From Octopus vulgaris (lineage: Eukaryota), in NCBI GenBank assembly GCA_951406725.2, contig OX597836.1:16306001-16370000 (forward strand): a stretch of 64,000 nt of DNA. The letters are read 5' to 3'. This document shows, piece after piece, positions 56,695 through 64,000 of this stretch. Below the pieces are notes generated by a model. That model ran no database searches and was not told the DNA's origin. It saw only the letters and a program-made list of their open reading frames with translations. A program made the translations under genes and the position numbers. The stretch's first letter is position 1. The number at the start of each line of letters is the position of its first letter.

Positions 56695-57921
56695 ATTTTA
56701 TGTGTGTGTATGTGTGTGTGTGAGTGTTTATGTGTAAAGACATTTTCATGAACATGTTTATATGCATAACATACATGCATACACACACCCACACACACAT
56801 ACACACACACTCACATATATATATATGTATATATACACCCGTATATGTTTATAGATATATGTATATTTGTGTGTATATATATATATATATATACATTTTC
56901 ATGTGTATATACATTTGTACGTGTATATACATGCGTTTATATGAGTTTATGCATGTATGTACGTGTGTGTGTGTGTGTGTGTATGCGTATGTATGTGTGT
57001 GTGTCTATGTATATTAACACATTAATAAGCAGCCATTATACGGTTAGTGGTTTGTAAGTTGTGATTATTTTCTAGTACCCACCCGACTCATCTACCTCTA
57101 TCTCCCTCACACACACACACACAATTTCCCCCCCTTCTCTCTCTCTCTCTCTCTTTCTCTCTCTTTCTCTCACTCTGCTTATTTCTTTACCCTCTCTTCC
57201 TTCTATCTCTTACTACTCCCCGCACTTATCTTCGCCCATAATCTGAACGGTCCCTTCTTTCTCTCTTCCTGTCCGTCTGACCCTTTCGTCTGTGAAATAT
57301 AGGTAAGAACCGAGATTTTGTTGACTGTTCAGACTACGGTATGTACACGCCAGTCTCATTCCCAGGAACCCCCCACCCCCTGCCTCCACCTCTCTCTCTC
57401 TCTCTTGCTCTGCATATGTGTGTGTGTGTTTATGTGTGCTTATGTGTCTGTGTGTGTCTGTGTGTGTGTGTGTGTGTGTTGAGTATTTGGGTTTTAATAT
57501 CTTTGCTTGCGTGCGTTGTGCTTACGTGGTGCGTGTGTGAGTATAATGTGTATGTGTTTGCTTGGTGCGTGCGGGTGTGTGTGTGTGTGCTTGTAATACT
57601 TGCATGCATGCATGTGTATGTGTGTGTGTGTGTCTGTATTCGTGTGTCGATGTGTCTAATGTGCGTGTGTCTATATTTTCATATTTGTGTTGACGTATGC
57701 GTTACTCTGTCTTTGTGTATGCTTGTATGTGTGCGTATATATTATATATAATATATATATATATGTGTGTGTGTATGTATGTATGTATGTATGTATGTAT
57801 GCATGTATGTATGTATGTATGCATGTATGTATGTATGTATGTATGTATGTATGTATGTATGTATGTATGCATGTATGTATGTGTGCGAATGTGTGTGTAT
57901 TTGTATATATGTGTGTGTATG

Positions 57922-57969
<48 letters not shown>

Positions 57970-58581
57970 TGTATATATGTTTGTGTGTATATATATATGT
58001 ACGTATGTATGCATGTATACATGTATGTATATGTATGCATGTATTTATATATATATATACGCACACACGCTCACAAACCACCACCACCACCACCACACAC
58101 ATTCCGCTAAGGTATGCCCGTGTGTGTGTGTGTGTTCGCGTGTATACGTATATACATTGTTGTGGCTGTTCGATGTCTCCCCACGTCTCAGATACACCTT
58201 GACGAGCGTGTTTACATGTGTGTACATGTATGTATGCGCGTTTGTGTTTGCATGTGTGTGTGTGTGCGTGTGTGTACAATATGAAGTGTGTGCAATAAAA
58301 TGTTCATTATATGTGCAGGCAGATGCTGTGAGTGTGTGTATACATTGATTGATTGATTGATTCTAGTTTCAGCTTATGAGCTGTGGCCATGCTGGGGCCT
58401 TTTATTCTTTTATTCCATTATTCTTTTTTTTTGTTGTTTCAGTCATTTGACAGCACTTATTCTTTGTAAGCCTAGTACTTATTCTATCGGTATCTCTTGC
58501 CGAACCGCTCAGTGACGGGGACGTAAACACACCAGCATCGGTTGTCAAGCGATGTTGGGGGGGACAAACACAGACACACAG

Positions 58582-58623
<42 letters not shown>

Positions 58624-58955
58624 CACTGAGCCTATATGATGTTGTTATACACCGCTGGTCACATTGCACTTTCTCACAGTATTGCACCCTCCGAATGATG
58701 TCACCGCGCTGCTTGCTCAGCGGGTGGGCCAACATTTTCGCTGAATGGAACACCATCCGTCGCAGGATTTACTCATTTGCAACTGAGTGAACTGGGGCAA
58801 TGGGAAATTAAGTTTTCTTGTTCAAGATGATAACACAACAGCGGTCTGGGAATCGAAACCACGATCTTAAGATCCTGAATGCAACACCTAACCACTAGGC
58901 CACGCACCTTCACACACACACATATGCACGCACACACACACACATATGCACGCAC

Positions 58956-59034
<79 letters not shown>

Positions 59035-59075
59035 AATATATGAGTAAGAACTTTTCTATCCGTCGTTTTTGCTAA

Positions 59076-59115
59076 ATTTCCTGAAGAAGGGGTTATAGCC
59101 CCGAAATATAGAAAT
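59076..59115 (+). ncRNA. Minimal type I hammerhead ribozyme motif (canonical core)
   Basis: Stem I AUUUC/GAAAU; core CUGAAGA plus an extra A; stem II GGGG-UUAUAG-CCCC; GAAA; palindromic AUAU in place of stem III; predicted cleavage after UA at 59110. Confidence 0.7.
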
Positions 59116-59262
59116 ACAAAACTGCAACTTAGTTTTGTTTTCTTCACTTTTCCTTTTGTACTTTGTGTTTTCTCACATTGTTCCGGTCTTACACAGCAAA
59201 TCTCCTTCAAGTAATACTATACAATGCTTCACTAAAACTACTCCATATATATATATATATAT

Positions 59263-59476
59263 TCTTTTACTTGTTTCAGTCATTTGACTGCGGCCAAGCT
59301 GGAGCACCGCCTTTAGTCGAACAAATCGACACAGGGACTTACTCTTTGTAAGCCTAGTACTTATTCTATCGGGCTCTTTTGCAGAACCACTAAGTTACGG
59401 GGACATAAACACACCAACATCGGTTGCCACGACGACGGTGAGAGGACAAACACAGACACACAAACATATACATACA

Positions 59477-59522
<46 letters not shown>

Positions 59523-59689
59523 GATAGATAGATAGATAGATACATACATACATACATACATACATACATACATACATACATACATACATACATACATACA
59601 TACATAAATAGATAGATACGACGCGTTTTTTTCAGTTTCCGTCTACTAAATCCACTCACAAGGCTTTGGTCGGCTCGAGGCTGCAAGCT

Positions 59690-59744
<55 letters not shown>

Positions 59745-59910
59745 GATGTTGTTTTGCTTATGTCTCCGTAACTTAGAGTTTCGGCAAAAGCGATCCATAG
59801 AAAAAGTACCAGGCTTATAAAATGGTTAAGTACAGGATTGATTCGTTCCACTAAATCTTCCAAGACGATGCCCCAGCATGACCGCAGTCCAATGCTGAAA
59901 CAAGTAAAAA
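59263..59910. mobile_element. SINE family A partial copies in opposite orientations
   Basis: Minus-strand copy at 59263-59683 and a diverged plus-strand 3' half at about 59742-59910. Confidence 0.8.
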
Positions 59911-59923
59911 AACCAAAAATATA

Positions 59924-61118
59924 CAAGGAGAAGTCAAGAATTATCCGCACTTTTGCTAAAAACGTCCTTTAAGTTGGTCACCCAGCCTTCAGCGCTCGCG
60001 TGCTTTTGTGGTTATGCAACCTAGTTTTGACCTTGATCGCTCCAGTTTTTTCCTTGTATTACGGAGTAAACATGACCCTTCCGCTGACTGTGCGCACCAA
60101 GGAAGAACAGAGATCAGTGATGTGATTTTTCTGGTCTGAAGGTGTGTCAGGAGCTGAAATTTATCGCAGGTTTTCAGTACAATACGGCGGAAAAGCTGAA
60201 GCACAAAGAGCGTGTAGGACGCCCTTTGACCACCATTGACGTGAAGACTCAATAGGTTCGGGAGATGGTTCTGGCGAACTGACCATCAACGAGGTGGCAT
60301 ATTCTCAGCAAATTAATCATGGTTGTGCATGCGAAATCATCCACGATAAGCTTCGCTTCCGTAAAGTCTGTGTGGGACGGATGCCAAGAGAGCTTGCCGA
60401 AACGCATAAGCGCAGTTGTGTGGGGATCTGTCAGCGATTACTTGACTGCTACAACGACGAAGGCGAATCTATTTTTGAAAAAAATCTGGAGGAAATTAGA
60501 CCTGAGTCCATCCCTTTGAGACAGAACCCACAAGCCAGAACATGGAGTGGAAAAACCCGAATCGCCAGCAAAAAGACATTCAAGACTCAACCTTCAACAG
60601 AAAAAGTGCTGCTAACCGTTTCTTTGAGACGCAAAAAGGCGTATACTGAAGCATTACCTGGGAAAAGAGACGGCAGCCACCAGTGTAGGCTACAATAAAA
60701 TGCTGGTCATGAAGCTGAAACCAGCAATTTTGATCCAAACAGTAAGGTCTATAGTCAAAGAAAGTGCTATTGTTGTACAACAATGACCGCCCACGTACAG
60801 CCTCCCGCACCGTTGAAAGCATTGAAAAATTTGGGTTTCGACTTGCTGGAACACCCTGCATACAGTCCAGACCTCGCCCTTTCTGACTGTCGCCTCTTTG
60901 GACTCTTGAAACATCCTTGACGAGGTCGTCGATTTGCTAAGCCCGAAAAACAAAAATCGCAGAAAGCGGCACAAAAATGGCTGCGCGACCAGTCAGAGAC
61001 ATTCTCCGATGGAATAAACAAACTGGAATAAGCAAGGAGGCCATGTCGAAAAAAGATGTAATCGTTGAAACCCTGTTTTTTCTTTTAATAAATTACAGAA
61101 ATTTTTGACTTACACTCG
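59924..61118 (+). mobile_element. Degenerate near full-length mariner (DD34D-type) DNA transposon; transposase is a pseudogene
   Basis: Imperfect TIRs (TA|CAAGGAGAAGTCAAGAATT on the left, AATTTTTGACTTACACTCG|TA on the right) flanked by TA. Translated remnants IIHDKLRFRKVCVGRMPREL (WVPREL-like) and LLEHPAYSPDLALSDCRLFGLLK (YSPDLAPSD-like), broken by frameshifts and stops. Confidence 0.9.
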
Positions 61119-61224
61119 TATATACTGGCGTGTGTTCATATGCTTACATGTATATATAAGTATTCTATAACAGAATCGATAAACACGGAAAATGGAATAT
61201 ACGGGAAACTTTATATGTAGCAGT

Positions 61225-63410
<2,186 letters not shown>

Positions 63411-63500
63411 TAGTTCACATTTACAGAAAACAAAAGGCGAAGATAGGTGAAGAAACAACGAGAAGATGTGGTAGTTTGACACTCAGAAAGAATGGAAAGG

Positions 63501-63538
63501 TCTTTGACATTTCGAGCCTATGCTCTTTGACAGACAGG
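63501..63538 (-). ncRNA. Degenerate copy of the 20686 hammerhead-like family
   Basis: Minus strand: CCUGU CUGUCAA A GAGC-AUAG-GCUC GAAA UG UC AAAGA. The flanking 200 bp or so are homologous to 20630-20820. Confidence 0.45.
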
Positions 63539-63691
63539 ATTGCGAGGGGAAAATGAAGAAAGAAAAAAATGTGTTGGGATTGACGGTTCCACAAGTTGAG
63601 ATGACCGGAAGAATTAGGCCGTTGGAAGGGGAAATAGCAGTGACCCGGCTGAAGTGGGGTGCTCAAGCGTGTGTATGTGAGGATGGTATGT

Positions 63692-64000
63692 GTTAGTTAG
63701 TTAGTTAGTTAATTTTTTGACTCAAAAAGCAAAAAGCAAGGCCATGTAGGGGGACATGGAGTTATGTACAGGGTGGTGTTCATGTAAAGAGTTCAGGCCA
63801 CTTGTGGTCAAGGGATACTTTGAACCGAGCGGTCGTCGGCATCTTCACTATCTCGTCCGGCAGCTTATTCCACGGATCCGCAACCCGGACGGAGAAAGTC
63901 CCTCTCCTTCGATTGAGATGAAATCGTCGCAGATAGAGCTTTTCGGAGTGACCCCGCAGCCGACGCTCTGGAGCAGGAGTGAAGAACAGCTCTTTCGAGA
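63692..64000 (-). mobile_element. Second CR1-clade LINE 3' end, running off the window edge
   Basis: Highly similar to 27780-28022, with a (CTAA)n tail. Confidence 0.88.

Noticed and set aside
60294-60698. Functional mariner transposase
   Set aside because: Multiple frameshifts, stops and altered catalytic motifs.

Overview
Eukaryotic, AT-rich DNA saturated with microsatellites. The SINE and LINE families suggest an octopus or another coleoid cephalopod; this is an inference from recalled repeat families. Only one credible host coding segment is present: the first coding exon (minus strand, 49939-48937) of a TGF-beta superfamily preproprotein. It encodes a signal peptide, long His/Gln and Ser/Thr tracts and the prodomain latency helix, and ends at a perfect CAG|GTGAGT donor. 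No later exon is recognisable, so most of the window is probably a very long intron plus upstream DNA. That DNA holds dozens of tRNA-derived SINEs of at least four families, RTE and CR1 LINE 3' ends, a decayed full-length mariner, Tc1/mariner and hAT MITEs, and tandem repeats. Nearly all ORF-track entries are microsatellite artefacts. The most unusual signal is about a dozen minimal type I hammerhead-ribozyme-like motifs, some canonical and some with recurrent core variants (CCGACGA, CUGUCGA). They sit in short non-coding elements, mostly next to (TA)n or other simple repeats, and two loci carry back-to-back inverted pairs. This fits a non-autonomous Penelope-like or retrozyme-like system. Repeat boundaries were read by eye and are approximate.
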